From Eledone cirrhosa (Eukaryota), in the NCBI GenBank assembly GCA_964016885.1, contig OZ024744.1, forward strand, positions 33,666,001 to 33,730,000: a DNA stretch of 64,000 nt, written 5' to 3'. The translations under genes and the position numbers were made by a program. The notes under the pieces were generated by a model, which made no database searches, had not been told where the DNA came from, and worked only from the letters and a program-made list of their open reading frames with translations. Shown here piece by piece: positions 12,328-24,785 of the stretch; within the stretch, counting starts at the first letter, position 1; the number at the start of each line of letters is the position of its first letter.

Positions 12328-15300
12328 ATGGAGACTAGAACGTCATGTGACAGACTCTCACCCAACAGGTGCCCCCTGGCTCAGCAGCAGGAACCTGACT
12401 GTCAACCAAATACTGCTGATGTTGGAGGAAGAAGAAGAAGGAAAGGGGCCAGAACCAACTGGACGAAAGAATTGAATAGAACTGTTATGCAATGCTACCT
12501 GAAAAGTAACCCCAAGGAGAGGGGCTACAGGAGACGGATGCATAACATCTGGAACGAGATTGGTTTATTTAAATTAGATGAACAAAAATTGGCCGGGCAG
12601 GCTCGGGTAATAAGAACTAATGGGTGGATAAGCGAGCTGGAACTGGAGGAACTGAGCAGAGAGAATGGCTTGGAGATGGCGGGTGTAGTATGCCAGACAA
12701 GCGAGCCGGCGGGAAATGAAGGTGAGGAGGTCCTGAGAACGGAGGAACCACCCGAAGCAGACAATGATCTGAATACTGAGATAAATAATACCTGGAACAG
12801 AGATACGGCCACTGAGGAGATGAGTGCTGACGGGCTAGGACAAGATTCGGTTGACATCCTAAATTTAGTGGTAGATGAGTTGAACAATGATAGTGGGAGA
12901 CCTATGAACCTAAGATTTGTAGACAGGAAAAAGTTAAAAGAAACAACAGCTAAGGTAAACAAAGTCATCCCATACCTTGAGGCGAGGAGTCTTCACCAGT
13001 GCAACAATATCCTCAAAGCAACAGCAAATACGGTGAGGAAACTACTTGGTATAAAAGCGAGAGGAAACAACAGACAAGAAAGAGCAGAGCCGTGGTGGAA
13101 GAAGCGACTGAGTGGGCAAATCGGGGAAATGAGAAATGACATAGGAAAGCTTGAGTCACTACTGAATGGGACACTAAAAAACATAGGCACTAAAAATAGA
13201 CTGGAAATAAAATACAAAACTAGGAGTAAAAAGCTAAATATTATCATAGAGGAATTGAAGCAACGCATTGTAGCAAAGAGTGCCAAAATCAGGCGATACG
13301 AGAACAGAGTCAGTCAGTATAAACAGAACCGCATGTTCGACAACAACCAGAAGATGCTGTTTGGACAGCTTGAGGGGAAAGAAAGAGGCAACGACTTGAT
13401 CCCTGGGGCGGAACAAGCTAAAACATTCTGGAGAGGAATATGGGAGCAGGATGTTAGACACAATGCCCAGGCAGGGTGGATTGAGACAGTACAGAGGGAG
13501 ATCGGTGAGCAGGCACAGCAACAGACTGATTTGAGTATCACAGTTGAAACTCTTAAGGGGCAAGCCAAAAAACTAACCAACTGGAAATCACCAGGCCCAG
13601 ATGGTGTGCAGGGGTATTGGATTAAACATTTAACATCCCTCCACCTGAAGCTGATGGCCATGTTCAATGACTGCTTGGTGTCGGGTGAGGTGCCAGAGTG
13701 GTTGACAAAAGGTACCACAGTTCTGATAATGAAAGACCGAATCAAGGGTAATGATGTTACCAACTATAGACCTATCACATGTCTGCCCGTAATGTGGAAA
13801 CTGTTGACGAGCATTGTGTCTGAGGAAATCTACCATCACCTCCACACAAACAACTTGTTGCCGGACGAACAGAAAGGATGCCGAAAGAAGTCACGTGGTA
13901 CAAAGGACCAGTTGCTTATTGATAAGATGGTAATGGGGAATTGCAGGAGGAGACACACTGATCTTGCCATGGGATGGATAGACTACAGAAAGGCATTTGA
14001 CATGGTGCCTCATTCCTGGATCACCAAAAGCCTGGAGATCTTCAGGGTGGCAGATAACATCAGACAGTTGCTGGGCAGGAGTATGGGGTCCTGGGAGACA
14101 GAGTTGACATCAACTGGAGTATCCTTGGGAAGCGTGAAGATCAAGAGAGGTATCTTCCAGGGAGATAGCCTGTCCCCTCTGTTGTTTGTCCTTGCCCTGA
14201 TGCCCTTGACCATTATGCTGCGAAAAGTGAGAGCAGGATACAAGTTGGGAAGGGGAGAGCTTACCATCAATCACCTCCTCTTCATGGACGATCTTAAGCT
14301 CTTCGGGAAAAGTGAGAAGGAGTTGGATGTGCTTGTTGACACTGTCCGTATTTTCAGCAGTGATATATGTATGCAGTTTGGTATTGGTAAATGTGGAGTC
14401 ATTGTGATGAGGCGGGGTAGGTTGAGCAGAAGTAACGGGATCCAGATACCAACAGGTGAGATGATAAAGGAAATTGACTCTGAGGAAGGATACAAGTATT
14501 TGGGCGTTCTGGAGGCTGATGGCATAAAGAACAAAAAAATGAAGGAATTGTTAAGAACTGAATACATTCGGAGAGTAAGGAGCGTATTGAAGTCACATCT
14601 GAACAGCAGAAATGCCATAAGCGCAGTAAATTCCCGAGCTGTGTCTATTATTAGGTACAGTGCGGGAATTCTGAGATGGAATGTTGCTGAACAAAAAGAA
14701 ATGGATAGGAAGACTAGGAAGCTATTGACTATCTACAACATGTTCCACAAGAGGAGTGATGTCGATAGACTCTACCTAAGGAGATCTGAGGGTGGAAGAG
14801 GTCTTATCAGCATAGAGGACTGTGTTCAGATGGAGAAAAACAACCTATACAAATACGTGACCTATAGTAAGGAGCCAATGCTCAGAGCTGTACTGAAGGA
14901 GGGGACAGTAGGCCAGGGGATATCCAAGGAGGAAATAACATCAAGGAGGAAGAGCAGCCTTAAGGGAAAATCCCTTCATAGTACCTTCTTTGAGAAAACT
15001 GAATTTAGAGATCCACAGACATGGAACTGGTTGAGAAGAGGAGACCTCAAAAAGGCTACAGAAGGAATGCTAATGGCTGCGCAGGAGCAGGCCCTCAAAA
15101 CGAAGTGGTTGAAGCACCATATCTACAAGGAGAAGGCTAGCCCACTGTGCAGGATCTGTGGAGAGAGAGAGGAGACTGTGGCTCACATTGTGTCCGAGTG
15201 TAAACACCTAGCCCAGACCCACTATAAGGGCTGGAGACACGATGTGATGGGCAGGGTGATCCACTGGCACCTGTGCAAAGTAAACAATCTACCACATTCT

Positions 15301-15720
15301 GAGAAATGGTATGAGCATAGGCCAGAGGCGGTGATGGAGAACAGTCAGGTGAAGGTGCTGTGGGATTTTAGGATACAGACGGACAAAAAACTGGAACACA
15401 ATAGACCTGACCTGGTGGTTGTGGACAAAGAAAAAAGATCGTGCTTGATTGTGGATGTGGCCTGCCCGTTCGACACGAGAGTGCAAGAGAAGGAGAGGGA
15501 GAAAATTAACCGATACCAGGACCTAAAGTGGGAGGTGAAAAGGATTTGGAACTGCCATGAAGTCAAAGTGATCCCGATTGTCATAGGCGCACTGGGGACT
15601 ATCTCCAAAGGTTTCCAGGAATGGTTAAAGAAAATCGGCCCCTTCACGCTTTTTGGAACGCTTCAAAAGGCATGCTTGCTTGGAACGGCAAGAACCCTCC
15701 GATACGTCCTGAATATCTGA
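12328..15720 (+). CDS. Intact non-LTR retrotransposon polyprotein, R4/Dong clade (RT, CCHC, restriction-like endonuclease)
   Basis: Uninterrupted 1130-aa ORF with KSPGPDG, NYRPITCL, QKGC, WIDYRKAFD, GIFQGDSLSP, LFMDD, YKYLG, GGRGL, CRICGEREETVAHIVSEC, RHD and RPDLVVVDK..C.IVDVACP..EK..RY. No APE domain. The 3' UTR ends in (AAT)n. Confidence 0.95.
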   Translation: METRTSCDRLSPNRCPLAQQQEPDCQPNTADVGGRRRRKGARTNWTKELNRTVMQCYLKSNPKERGYRRRMHNIWNEIGLFKLDEQKLAGQARVIRTNGWISELELEELSRENGLEMAGVVCQTSEPAGNEGEEVLRTEEPPEADNDLNTEINNTWNRDTATEEMSADGLGQDSVDILNLVVDELNNDSGRPMNLRFVDRKKLKETTAKVNKVIPYLEARSLHQCNNILKATANTVRKLLGIKARGNNRQERAEPWWKKRLSGQIGEMRNDIGKLESLLNGTLKNIGTKNRLEIKYKTRSKKLNIIIEELKQRIVAKSAKIRRYENRVSQYKQNRMFDNNQKMLFGQLEGKERGNDLIPGAEQAKTFWRGIWEQDVRHNAQAGWIETVQREIGEQAQQQTDLSITVETLKGQAKKLTNWKSPGPDGVQGYWIKHLTSLHLKLMAMFNDCLVSGEVPEWLTKGTTVLIMKDRIKGNDVTNYRPITCLPVMWKLLTSIVSEEIYHHLHTNNLLPDEQKGCRKKSRGTKDQLLIDKMVMGNCRRRHTDLAMGWIDYRKAFDMVPHSWITKSLEIFRVADNIRQLLGRSMGSWETELTSTGVSLGSVKIKRGIFQGDSLSPLLFVLALMPLTIMLRKVRAGYKLGRGELTINHLLFMDDLKLFGKSEKELDVLVDTVRIFSSDICMQFGIGKCGVIVMRRGRLSRSNGIQIPTGEMIKEIDSEEGYKYLGVLEADGIKNKKMKELLRTEYIRRVRSVLKSHLNSRNAISAVNSRAVSIIRYSAGILRWNVAEQKEMDRKTRKLLTIYNMFHKRSDVDRLYLRRSEGGRGLISIEDCVQMEKNNLYKYVTYSKEPMLRAVLKEGTVGQGISKEEITSRRKSSLKGKSLHSTFFEKTEFRDPQTWNWLRRGDLKKATEGMLMAAQEQALKTKWLKHHIYKEKASPLCRICGEREETVAHIVSECKHLAQTHYKGWRHDVMGRVIHWHLCKVNNLPHSEKWYEHRPEAVMENSQVKVLWDFRIQTDKKLEHNRPDLVVVDKEKRSCLIVDVACPFDTRVQEKEREKINRYQDLKWEVKRIWNCHEVKVIPIVIGALGTISKGFQEWLKKIGPFTLFGTLQKACLLGTARTLRYVLNI

Positions 15721-15824
15721 GGCTGCAGGTAGTGGCTTGATATTCAATCCAACGGACTTTCCAGTTAACCAACATCAATGACTGAGATTCAAGGAATAAC
15801 AATAACAATAATAATAATAATAAT

Positions 15825-17107
15825 CTGGAGGCTGATGACATCAAGAACAAAAATATGAAGGAATTGATAAGAACTGAATACATTCGGAGAGTAAGGAGCG
15901 TATTGAAGTCACATCTGAACAGCAGAAATGCCATAAGCGCAGTAAATTCCCGAGCTGTGTCTATTATTAGGTACAGTGCGGGAATTCTGAGATGGAATGT
16001 TGCTGAACAAAAAGAAATGGATAGGAAGACTAGGAAGCTATTGACTATCTACAATATGTTACACAAGAGGAGTGATGTCGATAGACTCTACTTAAGGAGA
16101 TCTGAAGGTGGAAGAGGTCTTATCAGCATAGAGGACTGTGTTCAGATGGAGAAAACAACCTACACAAATACGTGACTGATAGTAAGGAGCCAATGCTCAG
16201 AACTGTACTGAAGGAGAAGACAATAGACCAGGGGATGTCCAAGGAGGAAATAACAAGGAGAAAGAGCAGCCTTCAGGAAAAATCCCTTCATAGTACCTTC
16301 TTTGAGAAAACTGAATTCAGAGATCCCCAGACATGAAACTGGTTGAAAAGAGGAGACCTTAAAAAGGCTACAGAAGGAATGTTAATGGCTGCGCAAGAGT
16401 AGGCCCTCAAAACGAAGTGGTTGAAACACCATATTTACAAGGAGGAGGCTGGCCCACTGTGCAGGATCTGTGGAGAGAGAGAAGAGACTGTGACTCACAT
16501 TGTATCCGAGTGTAAACACCTAGCCCAGACTCACTATAAGGGCTCGAGACATGATGTGATGGGCAGGGTGATCCACTGGCACCTATGCAAAGTAAACAAT
16601 TTACCACATTCTGAGAAGTGGTATGAGCATAAGCCAGAGTCGGTGATAGAAAACGATCAGGTGAAGGTGCTGTGGGATTTTAGGATACAGACAGACAAGA
16701 AACTGGAACACAATAGACCTGACCTGGTGGTTTGGGACAGAGAAAAAAAAAACGAGCCTGATTATGGATGTGGCCTGCCCATTCGAGACGAGAGTGCAAG
16801 AGAAGAAGAGGGAGAAAATTAACCGATACCAGGACTTAAAGTGGGAGGTAAAAAGGATTTGGAACTGCCAGGGAGTCAAGGTCGTCCCGATTGTCATAGG
16901 CGCACTAGGTACTATCTCAAAAGGTTTCCAGGGATGGTTAAAGAAAATTGGCCCCTTCACGCTTTTTGGAACGCTTCAAAAGGCATGCTTGCTGGGAACA
17001 GCAAGACCGCTCCGATACGTCCTGAATATCTGAGGCTGGAGGTAGTCGCTTGATATTCATTTCAACAAACTTTCTAGTTAACTAACATCAATGACTGAGA
17101 CTCAAAG
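15825..17107 (+). mobile_element. 5'-truncated, decayed R4/Dong copy
   Basis: Homologous to the full element from ~14509 to its 3' end; contains stops and frameshifts; (AAT)n on both sides. Confidence 0.93.
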
Positions 17108-17139
17108 AACAATAATAATAATAATAATAATAATAATAA

Positions 17140-17563
17140 TTTCTTTATTAACCACAAGGGTTTACATAAAGTAGACATTAAGAACAGTGCAGGACAATAC
17201 AGGGCGGTACTAATGGGCATGTCTGCGTGTAAAAACAAAAACAGACGATGTAACAAAAAAATAACAATGAAAAATTCCCCAATAGGGGGGAGATTTCGGA
17301 GAAACATTTGTGGAGAATGCCCAGTAAAAGGCCACCAAGGCACAAACATTAAAACGAAGTTCCCCAACGCAGTTGGTAATTTCAGAGACCTAGGAGGGAC
17401 TCTCAACCGTAGAGTATATTCGGACATACTCATAGAAGAGCCGACGACCAGCCGAAGGGACGATTCAACGGTCCCTTCACCAGACGATCAAGTGAAAAGG
17501 GATGGAGAAACCATCCTTCTTCTACGAAAAGTACGGTAAGTGGTCTTTCCCATCTTTTCCACT
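17140..17563 (-). mobile_element. Tx1-type 3' end joined to an inverted ORF1-end fragment
   Basis: 17140-17340 matches the 3' UTR of the element at 18741. 17341-17563 is the reverse complement of ~22417-22640. Confidence 0.85.
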
Positions 17564-17626
17564 CAATAATAATAATAATAATACTACTACTACTACTACT
17601 AATAATAATAATAATAATAATGCTGT

Positions 17627-18676
17627 CTTTCTTTATTAACCACAAGGGTTTACACAAAGTAGACATTAAGGACAGTACAGGACAATACAGGACGGTGCAA
17701 ATGGGCATTTCTGCGTGTAAAAATAAAACAGGATGTATCAAAAAAAGAACAATGAAAAATTCTCCAATAGGGCCATCGTGGAGAAAGCCCATTAAAAAAA
17801 GTCACGGTGACTCTGACAACCAGCGCAAGTGCCCTCTCCCAGTTTTCCACCTTCCATTTACAGATACATACTCAGAGTAGGGCCATTCACTCGAGCCATT
17901 CTTGCCTCTCTCACCCATCTTTCAAAAAAATGCTCGGAAGAGAGCACTTCCCTCTCTACCCTGATTTTCCTTTTCAAATGAAATTTGAAAAAATTAATCA
18001 GGGCGTCAACGAAGAGGTAAGTGCTCGTCTTCAGCCCTTTCAAACGTGTCCACCATACTATCTCTTTCGCCATGTCCACCAGACAGATAAAATCTGCCTG
18101 CCCTTCCCGGCTAAAGGAAGAGGGCGGGGCAATCCTCACGATGGACTCAGCTGATAGCCGGATCCGTCCTACACGCGACAGCAGGTGTTCGATATAAACC
18201 ACAAGTCAGCAATGCTTGGACATTGGACGAGTGCATGCAGGACGGTTTCGTCGCCCTGTGCGCATCTCGGACAGGCCCGGCTGACGGCGCTTCCATACCT
18301 GTACAGTTTATCCCGAACTGGCAAAGCTCATCGGTAGCACTGCCAGGCCAGGGGTTTCTGAAAATTATCCATGGGCCCGAAAGTTCTTCCGAAGAGATTG
18401 GCTAGTTGATTTTCGTCGACGCTCTTCTCCTCAACAAATCCTCTATAGAACGCTAAAGTGAAGTTTCCACCGATCATATTGCCCGACTGGTCGAGGGCCG
18501 TGAGCGCCACAAGACATTCCAGTCTCCAAGCGCTCCCTCTCGGTCTTCGCTTGACCCAGGACTGCAGCTTCGTCAAGGAGACGAGCTGGGGAAAGACGCG
18601 TCTAACAAACGGCGACCACACCTGATCACCGTCGAGGAAGAGGTGGAGATGTCGTAGCATGAGCGCGTGTCTGCGC

Positions 18677-18678
<2 letters not shown>
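17627..18678 (-). mobile_element. 5'-truncated L1/Tx1-type copy
   Basis: Homologous to 18741-19843 (zf-RVT region and 3' UTR); (AAT)n on both sides. Confidence 0.9.
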
Positions 18679-18718
<40 letters not shown>

Positions 18719-18988
18719 TTAATAATAATAATAATAATGATTTCTTTATTAACCACAAGGGTTTACATAAAGTAGACATTAAGGACAGTGCAGGACAATG
18801 CAGGACGGTACAAATGGGCATTTCTGCGTGTAAAAAACAAAAACAGAGGATGTAACAAAAAATAACAATGAAAAATTCCCCTATAGGGGGGAGACTTCAG
18901 AGAGACATTTGAGGGGAAAGCCCAGTAAAAAGCCACAATGACCCTGACCACCAAGGCAAGTGCCCTCTCCCAGTTTTCCACCTTTAAT

Positions 18989-21900
18989 TTACAGATATAT
19001 ACTCAGAGTAGGCCCATTCACTCGGGCCATTCTTGCTTCTCTCACCCATCTTTCAACAAAATGCTGGGAAGAGAGCACTTCCCTCTCTACTCTGATTTTC
19101 CTTTTCAAATGAAATTTGAAAAAGTCAATCAGAGCATCACCGAAGAGGTAAGTGCTCGTCTTCAGCCCTTTCAAACATGTCCACCATACTATCTCTTTCG
19201 CCATGGCCACCAGGCAGATAAAAACTGCCTGCCCTTCCCGGCTAAAGGAGGAGGTCGGGGCAATCCTCACGATGGACTCAGATGATAGCCGGATCCGTCC
19301 TAAACGCGACAGCAGGTGTTCGACATAAACCCACAAGTCAGCAATTTTCGGACACTGGACGAGTGCGTGCAGGACGGTTTCGTCGCCCTGCGCGCATCTC
19401 GGACATGCCCGGCTGACGGCACCTCCATGCCTGTAGAGTTTATCCCGAACTGGCAAGGCTCCTCAGTAGCACTGCCAGGCCAGAGATTTCTGGAAGTTGT
19501 CCATAGGCCCTGGCCCGAAAGTTCTTCCGAAGAGATTGGCTAGTTGATTTTCGTCGACGCCTAGAGTTTCCCCAAGTACGTCGTCGCTCTTCCCCTCCAC
19601 TAATCCTCTATAGAACGCCGAGGTGGAGTTTCCACCGATCACATTGCCCGATTGGTCGAGGGCTGTGAGCGCCTGAAGACATTCCAGTCTCCAGGCGCTC
19701 CCTCTCGGTCTTCGCTTCACCCAGGACTGCAGCTCCGTCAAGGAAACGAGCTGGGGAAATACGTGTCTAGCAAACGGCGACCACACCTGATCACCGTCGA
19801 GGAAGAGGTGGAGATGTCGTAGCCTGAGCGCGTGCCTGCGCATCATCAGCCACGGCATGCTCAGCCCTCCACGTAGCGGGTGTTGACAACAGATGGACCG
19901 CCTGACCATCGGAGCGCGTCCCTTCCACAAAAAGCGAAAGAGCAAACGCTCCAGCGCAGTCAGGCGAGGCTTAGGACAAGGTACGACGGTCAGGCGGTAG
20001 CAGATGACGGACGCGATGTACGCGTTAGCCATCTCCGCTCGACCTTTCAGGGATAGCTTCCTCTCCGCCCATTTCTGGGTGAGAGAACCCACTCTGCTCG
20101 TCACCTCGTCCCAGTTTTTGTCCGTCTGGAGGTCCGGACCGAACCAGACCCCTAACAATTTAACCGGTCCGTCCGTCCAGCGTCCGACGACGCTGTTGGA
20201 CGGCATGGACCTGCCTCTCCAGGTGCCGAGCTGCAGGCCCACTGACTTTTCCTTGTTGATCATTGCTCCTGTCACCGCTTCGTATTCTCTTAGTGTAGTG
20301 CCGATCGCCTCGATGTGTTTGGCGTTCGACACCACTACGGTGACATCGTCCGCATATGCTGACACGGATCTTCCGCATCCTAGGTCGCGCGGGACGCCCC
20401 TCAACGTCTCCAGTTTGTGCAGTAATGGCTCGAGAGTCAATACGTACAAGAGGGACGAGAGGGGACATCCTTGGCGGACCGAGCGCATGATGTTGAACGG
20501 TTCCGACAGGTGACCGTTCACTCTCACCACAGAGCAGATGTCGCTGTGCATGGCAGCGATCCAGCCTCTGAAGACGGGCCCAAAGCCAGCCGCCCTCAGG
20601 ACTGCCGCTAGGTAACGATGGTCGACCCTATCGAAAGCTTTCGACTGATCTAAATTGATCAAGGACCCACCCGTGCCAGGTTCCTTAGCTACCCTCTCTA
20701 CGATGTATCGCATGAGGTGGAGGTTGTCGTGGATGGATCTGTCGGGAATGGCGCATGTCTGCGCCTCTCCCACCAGACCACCAACGACAAGCGCCAACCT
20801 CTTTGCTAGCACCTTGGCCAAAATGTTGAACTCTGTGTTTAGCAGAGTTATGGGCCGGAAATTATCTATGTTATCCCCCTTGTTCGGATCCTTTCTCAGC
20901 AGTGCCACCGCTCCTCGGCTCACAGAACTGGGAATTCTCCTGTTCTGTTGCCAGTTGCAGTAGACGTCCACCAAGAGGCCTCCGAACAAGTCTGGCATCT
21001 GTACGTAAAGTTCATAGGGCAGACCATCCAAACCAGGCGATTTACCCCTTGTGCAGCCAGTCATTGCCTCCCTTACTTCAGCGGCTGTTATCGGCTTTTC
21101 GCAACACTTCGCCTCAGTGGCCGAGAGCCGCGGCAGTCCGTCGAGGTAGACACTAAAGTCCATCCCTCGACACGGCCCACCGCTGGCCCCGAACAGCTGA
21201 GCGAAGTGTCGCTGAAAAGCTTCACACATTTTCCGGGATCGAGTAGCATGCGCCCGTCGTGGTCGACCAAAGACCGGATCGTGGCTTTGTTGCCACGATG
21301 CGCCTCCGCCACTCGGGCCCATTGAACGGCTTTCGTCCCCTCGTGTCTGAGAGCACGCACCCTTGCTCTGACAACGCAGCCTTCGTGCTTTGCATTGAAG
21401 AATTGGTCAAGGGCCAATTTGCCGCAAGCACGTCGGTCGCAATGCCTTTGCTAAGCGCCTCGTCTAATTTTCTAACTAGTTCTCCCTCTGCTCTATTTTT
21501 CTCTATTGCTAAAGCCTTACTAAACCTAATCGATTCTATTCTAATCGCTCTTTTTAGAGCAAACCACCACTTGTTGTTGACGATGGCCCCCGTCAACGCC
21601 CGCTTAACTAGTTCGCTAATCCGGTCTCTGTAGGCCTTGCGCGCTGGCAAGGACGTGTTTAGCTTCCAGTAGCCGGGTCCTCGTCTATGAAGCCTATCTA
21701 AGTCAAGCACACAGATCACGAATTTGTGGTCCGTGTAGCTGACTATCTTGAATCGTGGACAGCCTATGCTAGACCTATCTATTTCCCTACAAAATACTCT
21801 ATCTAGATATGATCTGGATGACCCTATGCGATTTGTCCGAGTCCACATTGGCGCATTCGGGAAATCCAATCGGTACCTGTCAGACAGTTCAAAACGCCTG

Positions 21901-22406
21901 AGCAGGTTGGTGAGGCTCTTGCACCCTCCACCCCTATCCGCTAATCCCACACAGTCCCAGCGTGCATCTAAGATCCCGTTCCAGTCGCCCACTAACACTA
22001 AAGAGCGGGACGTTCCAAGAAAGGTCTCCAGACGCCGGAAGAAATCAGGCCGCCCTGCTCCTGTCGGGGCATAGACGGCCACTAGCCTGAAAGCTTGCCC
22101 GTCTCCGCTGGTCACATCCAGCACCACCAGCTTACCCTCTGGGTCCAGGAAGATGGCCCGTATGGCGAGATCCAAACCTCTCCGAAAAAGCACAGCAACT
22201 CCTCCCCCCGATCCAGGACGGCTGGGAGATGCGTACACATCGTAGCCGCCGAAGATCGGTGCGAAGGCCCGTGCTTCGGAGATTCTGGTCTTGCTGATGG
22301 CCACTACATCTATGTTTAGTGACCTGAGGTCGTTGAGCAGGTGACCCTGCTTCCATGACGACCCCAAGCCACGCGCATTTATGCTGCCTATTCTGAGTGA
22401 GGTCAT
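18989..22406 (-). pseudogene. Tx1 ORF2 (APE endonuclease, RT, zf-RVT) broken by frameshifts near 21420, 21240 and 19460
   Basis: IGSINARGL, LVAVYAP, VGDWN, SYLDR, YTDH, GPGYWKLN, KSPGLDGLP, FRPITLLN, DQSKAFDRVDH, RQGCPLS, YADD, CPRCAQGDETVLHALVQC. Confidence 0.9.
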
Positions 22407-22441
22407 GTTTGAAATAGAGTGGAAAAGATGGGAAAGACCAC

Positions 22442-24584
22442 TTACCGTACTTTTGGTAGAGGAGGGGTGGTTTTTACATCCCTTTTCCCTTGATCGCCTG
22501 GTGAAGGGACCGTTGAATCGTCCCTTCGGCTGGTCGTCGGCTCTTCTAAGAGAATGTCTGAATATACTCTTCGATTGATAGTTCCTCCTAGGTCCCTGAA
22601 ATCACCAACTGCGTTGGGGAATTTCGTTTTAATGTTTGTGTATTGTTTCTGTGCTATTTTTAGCAGTCTTATGTTAGTTGGCGTTTTGATTGGTGCTGGT
22701 ATTATGTAGTCGTGTTGTGAAATGTCTGTGTGTTCAATTATGTAAGTCATTAGTTTCTTGTTGTGTGTATTTATTGCCGTGCATTTGTTTTTCTGGGGGT
22801 GGTGTGTGGTTCTGCTATTTTCTTGTCGTTGTTGCTGGGTGTGTGTGTTTTGTTGTTGTGTTTGCGATGTTGGTGCTTGTGGTGGTGGTGTTGAAGGTGT
22901 TGTTGGCGGTGCGGTTGTCGCCGGTGGTGATGGTGGTGCTAGTGTGGGTGGTGATGGTGTTGATGGTGTTGCTGCTGTGGGTCTCTTTGCAGTAGACTTT
23001 ACCCTTTTCTCATTTCTTTCCTCCCTTTTCAAAGGCGACGATGCGCTGCTTCTGCGTTTGTGCCTTCTTACGACCTTTTGTCATCCCTCTCCCACCTCAC
23101 ACTTCATGTCTGATTCTGTGAGGTCGGGGAGGGGTACCAGCTCCACTCTTTCACTTGTTGTTGTTGGTGATGTTTGCACTGGAGTCTCTGTTGCAGCTGC
23201 ATTTGGTATTGCTGTTGTTGTTGTTAATATTTCCACTGCTGCTGCTGTTTTTGATTTCCGTGGCGTGGGTATGGGTGCCACGGACCTATCGTTCCTGGTT
23301 GCCGCTTGTCCTGTTGCTGGTAGCCGTGGAGCCGGTTTCGGAAGGAGGGGGGGGGTTCTCCTTTCTCAGGGTCTTCTCGTTGCAGAAGGCCCTGAGGTGA
23401 GTCTTCGATCCACAGCGAAAGCATTTCGGGCGTTTGTCCTCAACACTTATGGGCAGTTGAGTGCCGTTATCGAAGTCTATCACATCCGGGATAGCTTCGA
23501 TGCACTCCTGGTTGGTTTGGATTAGCATCTCAATGGAGGTGCCGACCCAATCTTCTCTTACTTTTTTCTGTACTTGCAGTACAGTTGTTTTGTCCTCGAT
23601 TCCGACGAGGACAGACGCGGCCAGCCAAGAAGGAGCCATCACGGGGGGGACCTGGGTCAGTTTGACCCTCACAATTTTTTGCCCGCAGTAGGAGGGCACC
23701 AACACCATTTCCTCGCTCCTTAGGGTCACTACGGATTGGGCCTTTGCCTCCTGGGGTGTGGCAAAAAGTACGTCTACGGTGGCATATTTTTTTCCTCGAG
23801 TGATGTGCGTTTTCCGCTGCCACACAGACCCCAAGGCTTTTTGTATTTGAGCCTCTGTGGCTCTTTCCACCCTACGGGATTTTGTACTTACTGTACGGTA
23901 CGTGACCGTACAGTGCTGTTGGGTTTCGAAAACTTTTTCCGCTGCCTTGCAGATTGCTCGGTGTCCAGTCTTTGTCACCATCTTCTTCGCTTCCTCTAAT
24001 TCCTCATTTGTTATGAGGATTGTTTCCAAGTTTTTCGCAATACCTGCAAATGAGATTGGTTTTTCTTTGCTGCTGTTGTTGTTGTTGTCGTCAGAGCTGC
24101 TGTTACTTTTGTTGTTGCTGCAGGTACTACGACTACTGCCTCCGCCGCTGTTGCTGTGGTTGTTGTTGGTGTTGCTGCTGCTGCTAATGCTGTTGTTGTT
24201 TATGCTGCTGGTGATGCTGTTGCGGCTGCTACTGTTGTTTTCATTGTCACTGTTGCTGTTGTTATTACGGCTGCTACTGCTATTATTCCTGACGTCAGAC
24301 GAATGAACTGGGTTTTCGTATTTCCCGCACACCTGTTTCGTCGCTGTCGTCGTCGTCGTGGAGAAACCTTGCACGCTTTGCACGAGACTTTTCTTTTCTG
24401 TCGTCGCTTGCGAAAGAGAAGGGAGGGAGAGAGACACATTTAAAGAAGGGAGGGAGAGAGACAATCTTCTCTCTGCTGTAGTGACGATTGAGGAAAAAGA
24501 AGACGGAATGAGTGGGAGTGACCTATGCAAATTCTTTTTCGTAGCCATGTTGTTTTTTTTGTTTAAAATAAATATTGGGTACAA
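22442..24584 (-). pseudogene. Tx1 ORF1 (gag-like, zinc knuckle, low-complexity arms), frameshifted near 23290-23355
   Basis: ORF 23286-24584 plus a C-terminal part ending at 22442; C-X2-C-X4-H-X4-C motif; homologous to the ORF1 remnant of the next copy. Confidence 0.8.
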
Positions 24585-24785
24585 AACTCCAATAAGCAGT
24601 TATTTAACCCCGAAGGGCCAAATAACGGGCAGAAAGACCCCTCTCACGAGGAGGAGGGTGTTTTTGTCTACAAGTTGGTCTAAGTTTTAAACAATTTACA
24701 ATTGTTAAAGCGTTCAAAATTTACAGTACCTTACAGAGCCGAGCCTCCGTCAACCATAGCATTCAATAATAATAATAATAATAAT

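Larger units (their letters stand above)
18741..24764 (-). mobile_element. Full-length L1/Tx1-clade non-LTR retrotransposon with frameshifts
   Basis: ORF1 (~24584-22442) has the CCHC knuckle CFRCGSKTHLRAFC. ORF2 (22406-18989) encodes APE, RT and a C-terminal Cys motif. Flanked by (AAT)n. Confidence 0.93.

Noticed and set aside
20004-21633. Antisense ORFs over the Tx1 and R4 coding regions
   Set aside because: They are shadow ORFs of the retrotransposon genes with no independent motifs.
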